Of a DNA stretch of 64,000 nucleotides, positions 13,650-26,180 are shown piece after piece. The stretch is from Lama guanicoe. Lineage: Eukaryota. Each line of letters begins with the position of its first letter. The stretch's first letter is position 1. The position numbers and the translations under genes are program-made. The stretch lies in assembly GCA_013239625.1 (NCBI GenBank), contig MU054220.1, positions 5,998,626-6,062,625 on the forward strand, written 5' to 3'. The notes below the pieces were generated by a model that had not been told where the DNA came from, did no database searches, and was given only the letters and a program-made list of their open reading frames with translations.

Positions 13650-14347
13650 TCTACCATGAACTGAAATACTTGTTTCCTCCCAAAATTCACAGGTTGAAAT
13701 CCTAATCCCCAATGTGATGGATGGTATTAGGAAATGGGGCCTTTGGAAGGTAATGAGGTCATGGAAGTGGAGCTCTTATGAATGGGACTAATGCCCTTAG
13801 AAAAGGGACCTCCCAGAGGGCTCACTGCCCATTTTTTTTTCGATGTGAGAATATGTTGAGATATCCCTTGTATGTGGAATCTAAAAATTAAATGACTCTA
13901 TATACAAAACAGAAACAGACTCACAGGTACAGAAAACAAACTATGGTTTCCAAACAGGAGATGGATGGGAAGAGGGTCAAGTTAGGAGTATGGGATCAAA
14001 AGATACAAACTACTGTACATAAAATTCATAAGCAAGAAGGATTTATTGTATAGCAGCTGCAATTATACCCAATATCTTTTAATAACCTATTAATGGAATA
14101 CTATCTGCAAAAAAAACAAACAAAAAAGAATCTCTGTGCTGTACACCCGAAATTAACATAATATTGTAAATCAATTAAACTTCAATAAAAAAGAAGTCAG
14201 CAGTCTGCAACTTAGGTTGGGTTCCCACCAGAACCCAACCGTGCTGGCACCCTGATCTCAGACTTTCAGCTCCCAAAACTGTAAGGAACAAATGTGTGTT
14301 GTTTCTAAGCCATGGTGTTTTGTTATAGCCACCCAAAGAACTAAGCC
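13650..14347 (+). mobile_element. MLT1A-like MaLR LTR split by an L1 insertion
   Basis: 5' half 'cctcccaaaattcacaggttgaaatcctaatccccaatgtgatg...ggggcctttggaaggtaatgaggtcatg' (13650-13860). 3' half 'gctggcaccctgatctcagactttcagctcccaaaactgtaagg...ttgttatagccacccaaagaactaag' (14192-14347). Confidence 0.85.
13861..14191 (+). mobile_element. 5'-truncated L1 3'UTR (cetartiodactyl-type)
   Basis: 'tatgtggaatctaaaaa...tatacaaaacagaaacagactcacag...tgctgtacacccgaaattaacataatattgtaaatcaattaaacttcaataaaaa'. Confidence 0.85.
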
Positions 14348-14830
14348 GTGGTCCTGGTGTCAGAAGTACCACATGAATTAGGTCTGTAGTCTTTAACCTT
14401 TTGCGAGTCACAGAGTAAGCGATTAATGCAGATAATCCACGGACTTGGGGTATTTTAAAAATGTAGACTTTCCCTAAGTCCCTCATTTAGCTAAAACGTG
14501 CTCTGTAAGAAAGAACAAGCTACACAGAAGACCCTCCCTGAGTGGAGTGCGCCTAGGGCATAGCTCTCAGTGATATGAAGGAAGCTGAATCATGTATTGG
14601 AAGCACTCAACTGTCATCTAGAAAAAAACACTTAAAGAAATCAACAAAAACAACTATCAAAAAAAAAAACAAAAACGAAATGCCCAAGGCATGTAGGTTC
14701 TATCCAATTGAGAGAAACAACAAATAAATGAGCAAACAGACAAACTAAAAAGCTAAGCTCAAATAGGTATTTGCCTGAACAATTTCACCTAAGTCTGTGC
14801 AAGACATCCTCCACGTCTCCCCATACATAT

Positions 14831-14893
<63 letters not shown>
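14831..14893. repeat. Compound (CA)n-(CT)n microsatellite
   Basis: Directly visible dinucleotide runs. Confidence 0.95.
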
Positions 14894-14897
<4 letters not shown>

Positions 14898-16039
14898 CAG
14901 TCCATCTTGTAGCAGACAGAGCTCACGGGAGAAACCAGCAATGAGGGTTTATGATTTGACCTCCCTTCAGCCCCTTGAATGCAGATAATAAAGAAATGTG
15001 GGCATATCCTGGTATTAGGCGCTCTTGAAAAATGCAGGCTTCCAGCCGATCAGATGAAATGGAGTCACTCCTGTCTTCTGTTAGCAGAGATACCATCCTG
15101 ATATTAATTTTTAACATGACTCAGAGGAGTGGGTGTTTCTTACCAAGAATGACACTGAACTAAATCAAATGTACTTGTTTGATTGGAAAACCAAAAGTTA
15201 CTTTTCCCTGGGGAACGAGCGTCATGGTCTTTTGCCCCGAAGCACGTAAGTTAAGTGGAGTGAAGAAGACAATGCAGAGATGTTAAAATAAGCAACTTCT
15301 CAATAATAAGATTAAATGTCAGAAAAAAGAAATTACCTGCAATTCAGCAAAACGAATGTGCTATCCAACTTAGCTGTCTCAGGATCCCATCCTACGGAAG
15401 TTCCTACTCAGGATTTGGTGGGGGAGAGGAGTGGGAACCAGGGGAGGGAGGAGGAGAAAGACAGTGAGAAAGCAGAGTCACAAAGAAGGACTTAAGAAAA
15501 TCACTACTCAGTGAAGAAATGGAAAACCAGCAATTATTATTGCCAATCTTGCTTTACTTAAGCCATGTAGCCATGCTTGTGTGCGTGTCTAATATATGTG
15601 TGTTATGTGTATGCATATGTACCTAATATACAATGTATATCCTACAGATATAAATTTATATATTCTGTGTAATCATTTGTACGTTCACATGCACACACAT
15701 GTATATTCACATATGTACATGTGTATGTATTTCTTCTGGTCTTGTGACTGTTTTTGTGATGCTTTTTTTTTTTTTTTGTAGCTGATGTAAATAGAATCTG
15801 ATCACCCTCCTGATGAAGCCTACCTTTTGCCGAAGTTGGACTTCTGCCTCTGAGGCGTCGATTGATCGGTTTACAGGGATAGAAGGGGTAAAGGCAGTGC
15901 TACAGACACACAATAACTAAGAGTAGACTTAGAATTGCGACCCTAGAAGCTTTTGCAGAATTTCACAAGTTGATAAATGCAGCTGAACAGTTAAGGTTAA
16001 GGCCAATTCCAAAATAAAAGTAACTAAACTCACACGATA

Positions 16040-16250
16040 ACAATGGCTAACATTTTTCTGAACTTACCATATGCCATGTACTTTGCTCAATAACTTGATT
16101 AACTATTACCTCCATTTAACAGATGAGGAAACTCAGAGAGCCTAAATAGTTCCTCTTGATGACACACCTGCACACCTGGATAGAGAGCTGCAGAGGTGTA
16201 TGTAAATGTGTGATCTTATTCCAGAGCAATTATTGACCACTTCACTATAC
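16040..16250 (-). mobile_element. MIR SINE relic
   Basis: 'attacctccatttaacagatgaggaaactcagagag' antisense MIR core. Confidence 0.65.
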
Positions 16251-19200
16251 TCAAGATGACATTGAGCCAAGCAGTCACTGAGGTTAACTTCCATTAAAAA
16301 CCACAGGTACATTCTCTAACTATTCAGATCAGGATAAATCATCCATAAACATATGCTCCAGACAAGAGGGAAAAGAAGGAGAAATATATAATGTGCATGC
16401 AGCATTCACGGCAATGCAATGACATTGCCCAGGGAAAAAATATGGAAAAGCCTCATCAGCATTCACAAATTTCTTAAATATAATATAAAAATGCATTCCT
16501 CATTACACTTAATGACTATCTGCTGCCACTTGGAGTGATTGGAGATTCATTTGAAGGTTTTTTTGTTTAAAGGTTTTCCCTAACTCTCTCTCTCTCTGTC
16601 TTTCATCAAACCCAATCGAATCCACAAACAGCACTAGTTCTAAAGCCCCAGTGTGGGGCCAAAGCATACAGAATAGCAGTAGCAAGGAGAATAAGAGGCA
16701 AAAATTCCACCACGACCGAATCAGCAGATGCACACACACTGGAAAGCAGGCATGTTCCCATAAGACGTAGATCGTGGAAAACCTCATCACTGGTCTAGTA
16801 ATTAAAGCACTTTTTGAAAGCATAGGTATGAATGTCAATGTCCTCTAAGGCACCATTTATGAATACATTATAAAATGTGGGCAAATCTTGACTGCAAGGA
16901 CTTTTTCTAACACTGCATCAGAAAGTCTCGTTCTGTAATCTGCATCATAAGACTGTGTCTCACCTCCTTCCCTGACTCCAGTGAGCATTACTCAGGCCAC
17001 GTCTGCAGTGGGCATTATTTGCTTCATAGCTATGCACTTTTTCAAAGATCACAAAGTGTTCTCAGCACAAGGACTAAATCACTGAACTCCTTCTTCTGCA
17101 GCGTATATGTGTATATAGGCACAGTGTATGTCTGTGTATGTATATATGTGCCTATATATCTTTATCTTATCTATCCATCCATCTATGGATATCATTGCTT
17201 TAGAATAATGGAGAGGCATGCACTCTTTGCCATTGTCCCTTTACACATTTATATTGCTCACCTGACATCCCCATAGTCACATTTGAATTTGTAACTGTAA
17301 CTTTATAGATTCCTCAAGTCATTTCAGTTGTACATTTTCTGTATCCTTAACTAGAAGAGTTCAGGAAAAGGCATCCTCTCTTGTATTTTCTTCGGAGCAC
17401 AGGTACATCAACTCTTGAATTTGAGAGCAAAATTTTGTGTGCTTGTGTATTTTTAGGGAATTTATCAGACCCTCAAAGGAGTCTATTACCCAAAGAAATT
17501 TTAAAGGTCTCATAAAGATAGCTCTGCATTCACATCCATTATTTTATGACCTCCATTATTTTACAGCTAGAGAAAGAAAGTGTTTTGGCCAAGGTCTATG
17601 GTATAGTATATACTACGCTAATTAATGCCAAACTAGGACTAGTATGAGGTCATGTGACTAGCAGGGAAGTTCCACTTTCAAGAATTCAATCTATGTTTAG
17701 ATTTTTAATCAGTATTTGCTTCAATTTTGTACACCCTATATAGGTTTGGGCAAAAGTACATAAAAGAACAGTTGAATAACATAGTCTCAATTTTAAAAAG
17801 AGAAAAATTTGAGTTATTTCTTTTGAATTCCATTAGAATACATACATTGACTGACTTTCCTCTGGATATGTTGATCTTGGGGTCATAGAATAAATTTTCA
17901 GTGACAGTGATAACAAACATCACCAAGTAAATGATTCCAGGTTTTAGGAAGAATGATGCTAAGAATGATGCTAAGAATGTACTTACTCTAGTGTCTTGCT
18001 TAAGAATGCTTTTCTTCTCCCAGGTTACTGTAATCAGCCACATCCTAAATTTTCCATAAATAAAAATACATTTCTGGAAAACGAGAGTGGTAGAGAAAAG
18101 AATGAGGACCACTGTCCATTTTAGAGACCATCTGGTGCAAACCCAGAGGCCATCAAAGCAAAAAACTTTTGCTTCAAGTGTAATTTTCTTCCCCTGTAAA
18201 TCTTTCCCTAAGTTCCACTTCATTCACCTCAGATTGCATGTGCACTGGATTGTTCCGTGCGCCATGGCACTATATTCAGGAAGTGGTTCTTTTTCAGCAC
18301 GTTTAAATCCCAAGATGAAATAGACTTCAGTAAACTGCAATTTTTGAGGCACTGGAGAGTTTCATGGGTGCAGAACCCTCTTTTCTGAACTCATCCTCCC
18401 GCTTAAGAAAGTAGTTTCGGTTTCACAAGTCCCACCCGTCTATTGCGCTTCCTTGAAAAGCACAAAGGATAAAGAGAAGTAGGTGATCTCTTGAGAAAAC
18501 TGTTTGTAATCTATTTCCTGCAGAAAATTACTTCAAAAGTAAATTTGAGTCGATTTTGAAAGGCAAAGAAAAATTCCTCTGTTCCTTTCCAGTCAATATT
18601 ACTTGTGACTTACCACATCTTATCTTAGGCTTTTCATATTTTCCTTTCTACAACCACACTCTGCCCCCTTGGGGATCAAAGTCCAATCAGTCAATAGCTA
18701 TCAGGAAGAGAGATCTGACAATTCCAAAAGGAAAAAAATATATATGTAAAGAATAGAATATTTAATGGCTGGAAATAACCAGAGGAAGCACAATCTGAAA
18801 GCATATTAGCAAAGGTAATGAAAGTCTCAAGTGGATTTTATTCTAAAGCCCTCAAGAGTTTTATTGAGTATCTACTCTGAGCACTGCTCTATGAATATAT
18901 ACAGAGGAAAGTGCAAGGAAATAACAAGACGAAGTCCAACCCTTATGCCACCATTTATAGGTAAGGAGATAGAACACAGACTTATGAAAAGCAAATTAAC
19001 AACAAAATGGTAAGTGACTGGTATCAACGAGGAGAATTAAAGGCGATTGCAGAAACATCCTTGATTAAAGAGCATGCAGCATTTTTAGTGTTTGCAATCA
19101 GTTTTTTCATTTATGTAAACTTCAAAATTACAGGACTTTGGCAAATACATTATCTCTTATTATCCCTAGATTAACATCTTGAAGGAGCTAAGTCTCTAAG

Positions 19201-19859
19201 TAGCTAAGTCCATCTTACAGATGGATAAACTGGAGGTCAGGTATTTCATTTATGTCCCCAGTGGTATATGCTTAGAGGATATTAGAGTCAAGACTTGAAC
19301 TCCTGTCTTGTGAGTCATGGTCCTAAACTGATACAGGATGATCAAAGTAAATGAAATGCTGAAACTTAAAAGAAGCCTTATATGTTCATTCCTTTATTCA
19401 CCAAGTATGTGCAGAATGATCCAAATACTCCAGCCACTTTGCTAGGCATCGGGCATATATGTGTGAATAAAACATAGCCCCTGCCTTCTCAGAGAAGGGT
19501 AAGTAAAGACAAATAAGCAATGTCTACTAAATACGAGAGATGAAATGACTGAGGGACTAGTGATGATCAACTAGCATTTGCTGAAACTCTACCAAATATT
19601 GGACTATTAGACTGCAGTGCCCTCAACACACGCCCATGTGTAATCCAGACATAAAAAGAGGTTCAGGACATCTCAGAGGATCTGAGAACCCAGGAAGAAA
19701 CAAGTATCTTGCCCCTAAAAGGGTCACCATCTGAGAAGAGAGAGGCTTACTGTTTGAGAGCAAAGGAGACAATTCCACAGGCTGGTTAGGAGCCCAGTCT
19801 TCAAGAGGGAAAATCTGTTTTTAAATCCCAGTGCTTCAAAGTTCTAGCTATGGGAATTT

Positions 19860-20712
19860 GAAAAAGTTTCTGTATACTAACAATGAAGTACCGAAAAGAG
19901 GAATTATGAAAATAATCCCACTTACAATTACATAGAAAAGAATAAAATAATTGGAAATACATTTAACCAAGGAAGTGATAGATCTGTACACTGAAAAAAA
20001 AAATAAATTGAAGAAAACAAAGCAAATGGAAAGATATTTGATGTTCATTGACTAGAAAAAATAATATTGTTAGAATGTCCATCCTACTCAAAACAATCTG
20101 CAGATTCAATATAATCTCCACTAAAAATTTTGATGGTATTTATCACAGAAATAGAAAAAACAATCCTAAAATTCATATGAATAGCCAAAACAATCTTGAA
20201 AAAGAAAAGTAAACCTAAAGGCATCACACTTTCTGATTTCAGACTATGTTACAAGGCTCAGAAATGAACTCATGCGTATATGGTCAATTGGTTTTCTACA
20301 AAGATTCCAAGAATAAATGACACAGAAAAAGTAGTTTCTTCAATAAAAGGTGTTGAGAACTGGACATCCACATGCAAGAGAATGAAATCCTTATCTTACA
20401 CAATACAAAAATATCAACTTAAAATAGATTATGAATTTGAATGTAAGACCTGAAACCACAAAACTCCTAGAAGAAAACGTAAGCAGTAAGCTCCTCGACA
20501 TTGGTCTTGGCAACTAAGTTTCAGATTTGACATGGAAAGCAAAGGCCATAAAAGCAAAAGTGAACAAGTGGGACTATGTCAAACTGAAAAGCTTCTGCAC
20601 GGCAAAGGAAGCCATCAACAAAAAGAAAAGGCAATGTATGGAATGGGAGGAAATATTTGCAAATCACATGTCTGATATTTAGAATATACAAGGAACTCAC
20701 ACAACTCAATAC

Positions 20713-20774
<62 letters not shown>

Positions 20775-21720
20775 AGAGAGATCTGATTAAAAAATGAGGA
20801 AAGGACCCGAATAGAAATTTTTCCAAAGAAGACCTACAAATGACTAATAGGTACATGAAAATGTGCTCAGCATCATTGATCATTAGTGAAATACAAATCA
20901 AAACCACAGTGAGTAGACCTCACACCTGCTGGGACGTCTGCTATCAAAAAGACAAGCCATAGCAAATGCTGGCAAGGATGTGAAGAAAGAAGAGTATGTG
21001 TGCACTGTTGATGGAAATATAAACTGTTCAGTCACTGTGGAAAACAGTATGGAGGTTTCTTAATGAAATTAAGAAGAGAACTACCATATGATCTAGCACC
21101 CTAGTTCTGGGTAAATATTACAAAGGAAATGAAATCATTATCTGAAAGAGATATCTGTCTTCCTATGTTCATCAAAGCCTTAGTCACAATAGCCAAAGTA
21201 TGGAACTAACCTAAGTGTCTATCAATGCACGAATGAATAAGGAAAGTGTAACATATAGATAGATAGAATTATAGATTAATATAATATAATGAATGAATTA
21301 ATTAATAAATATAATATATGCACAATGGAATATTATTCAGCCTTATAAAAGATGGAAATCCTGCCATTTGCAACAACATGAATGAATCTGGAGGGCACTA
21401 TGATAAGTGAAATAAGCCAGACAAAGATAAATACTACATGTACTCACTTATATGTGGAATCTAAAAAAAAAAAAAGCAGTTGAACTCATAGAAACAGAGA
21501 GTAGAAAAGTGGTTGCTAGGAGTTAGGATAAGGGTGAAGGAAATAGGGAGAAGTTGATAAAAGGGTGCAAACCTTCAGTTATAAAAGAGGAATAAGGTCT
21601 GACAATCTAATGTATACCTTGGTGACTCTAGTGGATAATATTGTATCATATGATTAAAATTTGCTAGGAAAGTAGAACTTTACTGTTCTCACAAAAATAT
21701 AAATAAAAACAATAAAAAGC
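19860..21720 (+). mobile_element. L1 (L1MA-like) ~1.9 kb: degraded ORF2 3' portion plus 3'UTR
   Basis: Continuous L1 motifs 'aatgtaagacctgaaaccacaaaactcctagaagaaaac', 'aaactgaaaagcttctgcacggcaaaggaa', 'caatggaatattattcagccttataaaagatggaaatcctgccatttgcaacaacatg' and 'cacttatatgtggaatctaaaa', ending in an A-rich tail. Confidence 0.92.
20714..20771 (+). repeat. Pure poly(A) run, 58 nt
   Basis: Counted directly; it lies inside the L1. Confidence 0.95.
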
Positions 21721-21759
21721 AAAATTTAGATCACAGTTTATAAGGAAAGAAATAATGCA

Positions 21760-24740
21760 GTGGAGAGGGTTCTGGTAGCACCAGAAGATTCAGTGGTGGC
21801 TCTACTCTCCAAGTTAGATATAATAGCAGAAGATGCTGTGTGTAACAGAATAGGGTTCTTTGATACCAATGGAGATAACAGAACCCTAAAATGGCAGAAA
21901 TCAGCGATCCTTTGCCTTGCTCTGTGATCTGAGCTACTTTTCAGATCTAGACTCTGAATTTTTAAGATAAGACTGTCTCATCAGGAAGAAATGATTTACA
22001 ACACCATATGTATTCAATAATGACTCCCTCTCCTTGTCCAGTAACGAATCTTACTTTGAGGAGAAGAGGGTGACCAGACAATGTAAGGACTGTCCGACAG
22101 GATCTGAATTTTCACCGATACTCAGATGCTATTCATTGATGCTATTAGAGTGGAATAATATTAGAGTCAGGTAATAATGGAATCTTTATCTATATCCAGC
22201 TTGCAGAGACCCACTAGGTCTATGGAGCTACTCAGTGGTTATTCCCCAGTCTCCAAAGGCCTAATTGGAATGAACATACTTGATAATTTACTCAACAATT
22301 ACATTAGTTTCTTTGTCTATGGATCAAGAGCTATTATAATAAGAAAAGTGAAATCTTCTGAAATTGCCCCTCTCCAACCCTCACCCAAGATAGCAAATCA
22401 AAAGCATTATCATATCCCCCCCGACTCTGAAAAATAACAGAGGTTAATGGTATTCTTCAAGACTTCAAGGATGAATGGTGTGGTCCATATTTAATTTCCT
22501 ACTTCTGCCCTGTAGAAATCAGATCAGTCCTAGAGTACAAAAGTAGATTTCCTCAAACTCAACCAGGTAGCACTTCTTATTGTAACTGCTATGTCAAATA
22601 TGGAATGCTGACCAGAAGAGATGAACTTGGTCTCAGATACATGTAGTCATTGACTGGCAGTTCCTTTCTCTTCCATCTCTACCAAGAAGGGGGCAAAAAG
22701 CAGTTTATTATCACAAAACACAGACAGCAATATTCATTTACATTTTTGCCCAGAGTTATGCTTACACCCTCACCCTCTGTAATGTTATAGTACAAAGGGA
22801 TTTTAACTATCTAATTGGTCCACATAAACTTACCTTGGCTCAGTATACCAATAACATGATAATCAAATCATGTGAGCAGAAGTCAAGTGGATTGTGGGCC
22901 TTTGTAATCCTACTTTGGATCCAGAAAGTAGAAGATAAAGCCTATGAAGATTTGAAAATTATGTCAGGAAATCTCATCCAAAATAAAGGCTACGTTATTA
23001 TTTCTCTTACCTCCACCATTATGAAGAAAAGATAATGTCTTGTAACATCTTCAGCTTCTAGAAGCAGCATGTTCCACACCTAGAGATACAGCTATGTTCG
23101 AAAAGAAGGATTTAATGCAAACATACTTGTTGCTTGGAACATTTAAGTGAACCAACCCTCTGGTGCAAAAGCTATCTGTGCAGGAAAAGACACTATAAAT
23201 TTACAGCAAGCTCCCAATGAAAATCATGATGTAAGCTGGAAAAAATTTGTGTCATCTCTAACAAGGAATTATGCACCTTAAGAAAAAACAAACAAAACAG
23301 CTCCACATGGGTATCTTACTTTCCCAATACCATCTGCAGAAGAGACTATCATTTCTACATTGTATATTCTTGGCAACCTTGTTGAAGATCAGTTGATTGT
23401 TTATGTGTGGTTTTATTCCGAGACTTTCTATTCTGTTCCATCCATCTGTGTTTATGCCAATATCATACTGTTATAATCACTGTTGCTTTGTATTATATTT
23501 TGAAGTCAGGAAGTATAGTGCTTCCAGCTTTACTCTTCTTTCTCAAGATTAGTTAGGCTATTCAGGGTCCTTTGTGGTTCCATATGAAGTTTTGGGTTGT
23601 TTTCCTATTTCTATAAAAAAAAATGCCATGGGGATTTTGATAGGTCTTGACTGATTTTGTAGATCAGTTTGGATATTATGGTCATTTTCACAATATTAAG
23701 TCTTCCATTCATGAAAATGTATGGCTTTCTAATTTTTTGTGCTTTAAAAAATTTCTTTCATAAACGTTTTATAGTTTTTAGTTTTATCAGCTAAGAGAGA
23801 TGAGCAATAATACACGATAAGATGAAAGTGGAAGAATCAAGCCGGAGCTGGTTCAGAAACAGGAAGGGCACACAAAGAGCTGACCAGGAACCTTGCAACG
23901 TCTCCGCCGTTACACAGTTGCTGCTCCCTCAGCTCAAGCCCATTGGTCCCATGAGATTCTCTTCATGAGAGCAGGAAGAAAAATTTGGAGCTTCACGTAT
24001 GAGTAGCCCTGGTACACTGTATGAGCCAAAAATGGATGGTGGCTGTGTTACAGTCCGACTTAGAGTGGTCCTTAAGGACAGCAAAGATGGCAGATCCTCC
24101 CAGTGGGCAGAGATTCCTGTAGTGTTCCCTTCTCATCTTCTTTATATGGAAAAAGATGTGGTCAAAAGTAAGAATAAGTATCGATTCACAATCAGTGGCA
24201 AATGCTTTGGCTGATTAATCAGTTACTTGAAAGGAGTAAGTTTGGAAATTTAAGGGCAAGAAAGTCTTGGAAAAAGAGGAATGATAGAAGTGAGTATTAA
24301 TCAAGTGTGAAGATGTTTGAATTGTGCACTGACACCCACCAGTGAGCATCCATCATAGATGAAGCTTTAAATAACTAAGAAGTTGAAAAGCCAGAATCAT
24401 TTAACAAATTGATTGCAGCTAATCTCCATCATTGTCTATCCCAGTGCTGGCACAATGTGCACATACATGGAGTAAGAATAAGGCCAGGGGTCAAAACTTC
24501 CATGGACCCAACACCATGCACTCCCATTGATCAAAGCTAATGAAGCCACTTCTGCCACTGAATGTCACACCTGCCACAAACATAGATCAACGCTGAGGCA
24601 CTGATATGGGATCATAATTCCACAGTTTAAGGGGCAGCGATTTATCTTGATTGGAATAGATACACACCTGAATATGGGCTTACCTTTTTTACCAGCGGAA
24701 CCTCAACCAGCACCAGTATCCAGGTGCTTACAGCCATGAG
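21760..24740 (+). mobile_element. Decayed ERV-L-type endogenous retrovirus internal region (protease, RT, RNase H and integrase remnants)
   Basis: Translated remnants occur in the expected order: RAIIIRK...KIANQKHYHIP (start of RT), LAQYTNNMII (~22835, degenerate LVHYIDDIM), LKDSKDGRSSQWAE (RNase H, ~24070-24112), WTQHHALPLIKANEATSATECHTC (integrase Zn finger, ~24503-24574) and KGQRFILIGIDT (~24629-24664). Many stops and frameshifts. Confidence 0.88.
23320..23785 (-). mobile_element. L1 ORF2 fragment inserted antisense into the ERV-L
   Basis: 'tttgaagtcaggaagtatagtgcttccagctttactcttctttctcaagatt...ggtcattttcacaatattaagtcttccattcatgaa' is the reverse complement of L1 ORF2. Confidence 0.88.
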
Positions 24741-26103
24741 CTAGGGATTAGGCAGTCACGCCTTGATGGCTGTGCATTGCTGGCAAAGAGAACACATGCC
24801 GTCCTAGATCAATCCTAGTAGTCTAGAAGTATCGGGGGCATACGCTGGAGTACATTCTTTATGAATATGAAGTTTCCATTCCAACCAGTACATGTTGGAT
24901 AAATGAATCGATATTCTGTTTAAATTACTTTTGTTTGGGGGAAACCATTGAAGGCAAAAAAATTAAAGTACCCCCATAGATGAAGGACAGGGACTATCAA
25001 ATATTATATTGTCCCTCTACTCTTAACAGGCAGGTCCAATTTAGAAGAAAAGAGATAATCCATTGAATAAAAACCCTGTTGGGAGCATTAAGAAGTAGTC
25101 ACAATGATCACTTTCTAGGTCATGCCCTGGAGCATGGCACTTGCGTCCTATATGGTTTGGATTTTAAAGGTGACCATGGGTCTCATGAATGCGTGGGTTT
25201 GTTGGTAATAAATAATAAAAATAGCTAAAATGCATGTAGCATCTGCTATGTATGTGGCACTGTTCTGTTTTCTTTGTATATATGAACTAAGTTCAGCTTT
25301 TTCTACAGTAGTCGAACTATCACTAAATCAACTTTAGAGAGTAGAAAACAGGCATGGGGAGGTTAAGCAGTTTATTCTGCTAGAAAGACAGGCGTCTGGG
25401 ACGCATTACAGTAGTCAAAACCCTTCAGCTCTCCTGCACTGACCATGGAGAGAAATCATTGCATCCTTCGGGACTTGGGTGGGAAAAGAGAACCCCGTCT
25501 CTTGGGAGTCTAGCTTACATCCATTTGGATGAGGTTCCACACCTCACGTAAGTACTGCCAGTCACAATTCGAAATCTGAAATAACGGAATATTGTTTGTG
25601 TTCTGTCTCAAGCCAAGCCTTCTCAAAGGAAATGTACAGCTGCTTGTCCTGACTCCGTTCCTTCCTTTTTCCAGCTTATTCTCTGCATTTTTTGCCATAT
25701 TATCCTTCTTAAACTCTACTCTTCCTGTTCGAAAGCTCTCCACGGCTCTGGGATGTCTGCACAATAAAGTTGGCAAACCTCAATCAGACATCCAAAATGC
25801 TGATGTCTTTATGAGATATCAAAGGTGAAATCCATTTACCATATTCCCTACACCCATCTCACACTTTTTTTTGTCCTCTATGCTTTTACTTAAGCAAACT
25901 CAATATGCAAATATTTTGGGTTTTTGTTTTTTGAGTATTTTCTCTCTACAAGCTTACACAAACTATACCCACCTTTTAAGATACAAGGTAAAATAATATT
26001 TCTTCCATAAAGTCTTTCCTCATCAGTAAATCGTGAGGTGACCTCCACCTCTTCAGAAAGACTGGATAATTTACCTGGTAATTTTAATCCTTATCTAATT
26101 GGA

Positions 26104-26180
26104 TATAGATAGATAGATAGATAGTTAGATAGATAGATAGATAGATATAGAGAGATAGATAGACAGACAGATAGATAGAG
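26104..26180. repeat. (GATA)n/(GACA)n tetranucleotide microsatellite
   Basis: Directly visible. Confidence 0.95.

Noticed and set aside
17705..18223. 172-aa minus-strand ORF
   Set aside because: AT-rich composition, no recognisable family, and it includes a local 12-bp tandem duplication (aagaatgatgct); consistent with chance.
20521..20907. 128-aa minus-strand ORF with poly-Phe
   Set aside because: Antisense reading of the L1 and its A58 run.
22177..24214. Possible domesticated retroviral gene
   Set aside because: Numerous stops and frameshifts, a decayed RT active site and an L1 interruption.
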